Assembly (NCBI RefSeq): GCF_006345805.1
Contig: NW_021832015.1
Span: 62,001 to 126,000 of the forward strand
Length of the DNA stretch: 64,000 bases
Direction: 5' to 3'
Origin: Octopus sinensis
Taxonomy: Eukaryota
Shown in pieces: positions 62,290 to 64,000 of this stretch; the stretch's first letter is position 1, and each line of letters starts with the position of its first letter. Under the pieces are notes generated by a model, which did not search any database, had not been told where the DNA came from, and saw only the letters and a program-made list of their open reading frames with translations. The translations under genes and the position numbers were made by a program.

Positions 62290-62490
62290 AGTATGTATGT
62301 ATGTATGTATGTATGTATGTATGTATAATAATATAAACTTGCATGTATGTTTATATATATATTATACACACACACACACACACACACACATGCACAGTAA
62401 CATACGACCACGCATGCGCATTTCTATCAAGTGAATCTATATGCATAGTTATAGCACTAGTTAGTGTTGACTAGCTAGTTAAGCAGAGAA

Positions 62491-62540
<50 letters not shown>

Positions 62541-62794
62541 TGACAGACAGACAGACTGACAAACAACCAGGTAGGCAGACAGGCATGTTGATTGACTCGT
62601 AGATAGGTAGATAGATAAATAGACAGGTAAATAGATAGAAACATTTGCTGACCCCGTTTTTTAAAAATAAATATACAAAGGTTAACTCGAAGATGATGGA
62701 ATGGGAATGATGCAAGTGAAGGAAGAAGTTTTTAAGAGTGGAATAGGTATAGGTTAGGAATGGAGAGGGGAAGGAGCGGGGAGGAGGCACTGAG

Positions 62795-63059
62795 TGACGC
62801 ATGCCCTATACTCACACACATTCAGTCTGCCTCTTTCTCTCCCTACTTCTCTCTCTCTCCCCTTCTCTCTCTCTCTCTCTCTCTCCCTTGTTTCTGTTAA
62901 CTGCTGCTATTATAAATTGGAATATTGCTTCTAACCGAAACTTCTACAAAGAGAGCCACCTGTAGTTCTGTTTGAGTCACAGAACACACTTTATATTAAG
63001 ACAACAACTAAAGCAGCCGCCACAGAATTGGCATCGCTGAGAGAAGAATTTTCTACAAG
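62795..63059 (+). promoter_or_regulatory. Candidate promoter of sHSP exon B with HSE-like dyads
   Basis: TGACGCAT at 62795-62802 and TATAAA at 62911-62916. nGAAnnTTCn at 62936-62945 and 63045-63054, each followed by an imperfect third unit (aCAA). Confidence 0.5.
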
Positions 63060-63109
63060 TTATTGGCAGTATATTTGTTTGGTTACAGTGAAAATCCGAA
63101 ATCACAAGA

Positions 63110-63370
63110 ATGGCAAGTCCTCATTATCCCTACTCACGATCCCTGACACCGCTGTATAACAGAATGCCTTCGTGGAGCATTTGGGAGGACCCATGGACTG
63201 ATATGCCGCCATTTTCTCGACTCTCTGACCAAAATTTCGGAATATCTCCAATGATGGATGATTTCTTCAGTCATTGGCAAAACTGGCGTCGATCGAATAT
63301 GCACAGTGGATTCCACCATTCTATGCCTGTGGCCCAACAACATTCAGCTGTGTCTACAGGATTTTCAGAA
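63110..63370 (+). CDS. Small heat-shock protein first coding exon B, N-terminal domain
   Basis: MASPHY...IWEDPWTDMPPFSRLSDQNFGISP...STGFSE then a GAA|GTAAGA phase-0 donor. Clearly paralogous to exon A. Confidence 0.85.
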
Positions 63371-63483
63371 GTAAGACAAGATTTTAACGCCCAAATTTTC
63401 TTACTCTAACATTTCTCTTTTCCATGTTCCGTGTTTATAAGTTCTAATGTCATATAACTTAATCACATGTTTCTCTATTTTAG

Positions 63484-63554
<71 letters not shown>

Positions 63555-63601
63555 TCGAAAAATACCTTAAAAATGAGAACCCAGGTTCGATATTTCCCCA
63601 A

Positions 63602-63647
63602 GACACCTGATGAAGGCAGGAGAGTATATCAGCTGAAACGTTCTGTT
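63602..63647 (+). ncRNA. Minimal (dimer-type) hammerhead-like motif within a (TAA)n-associated repeat (63553-63740)
   Basis: GACAC CTGATGA A GGCAGG..TCAGCT GAAA CGT T CTGTT. The core is intact and stem III is palindromic (AACGTT) with no loop. There is a mismatch in stem II and a C-C mismatch at the base of stem I. Confidence 0.5.
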
Positions 63648-63819
63648 AACAGCAAACAAGATGAGGAAAAATATCCGTCAAATGTAAATAATGTAAATAA
63701 CGTAAATAATTTAAATTCTGAGTTTAAATTCCACCAAATTTGATCGACAAAATGGTCCAAGGATTGATATACCTGATTATAGCTAATCCTTGAAACCTTG
63801 TGCTATACTATTATTATTA

Positions 63820-63855
<36 letters not shown>

Positions 63856-63872
63856 CATCATCATCATCGTCA

Positions 63873-63912
<40 letters not shown>

Positions 63913-64000
63913 TTATTATCATCATCTCATCATCATCATCATCATCATATTATTATTATTATTATTATTATATTATTGAGTGAGAGAGCAGTTCATGCCA

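Overview
Eukaryotic, repeat-saturated genomic DNA, most likely an octopus. That assignment is inferred from the tRNA-derived SINE families and the very high microsatellite density, and was not database-checked. Nearly all long ORFs in the supplied track are microsatellite or transposon artefacts. Host content has two parts. (1) A + strand gene spread over about 42.5 kb, with three phase-1 PAN/apple-domain exons (17662-17919, 29417-29647, 46984-47174). A candidate signal-peptide exon (4621-4676) and two micro-exons join these into one open 265-aa secreted protein. (2) Two paralogous small heat-shock protein (HSPB/alpha-crystallin type) FIRST exons (55560-55781 and 63110-63370). Both end in GFSE at a phase-0 donor, and no alpha-crystallin-domain exon is visible between them, which suggests alternative N-terminal exons sharing a downstream core. 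The rest is mobile DNA: many R4/Dong-like RLE retrotransposons with (TAA)n tails in a head-to-tail stack, a Tx1-type L1 inside a GATA-type microsatellite, several Penelope-like elements, Helitron, Gypsy, mariner and Tc1 remnants, piggyBac- and hAT-type MITEs, and many SINEs. I can fold two hammerhead ribozymes with intact catalytic cores (5595-5686, 51791-51884) and two degenerate ones. Two hammerhead motifs lie sense-strand inside predicted host introns. One Penelope insertion carries an exact 154-bp inverted copy of DNA from 3.4 kb away.
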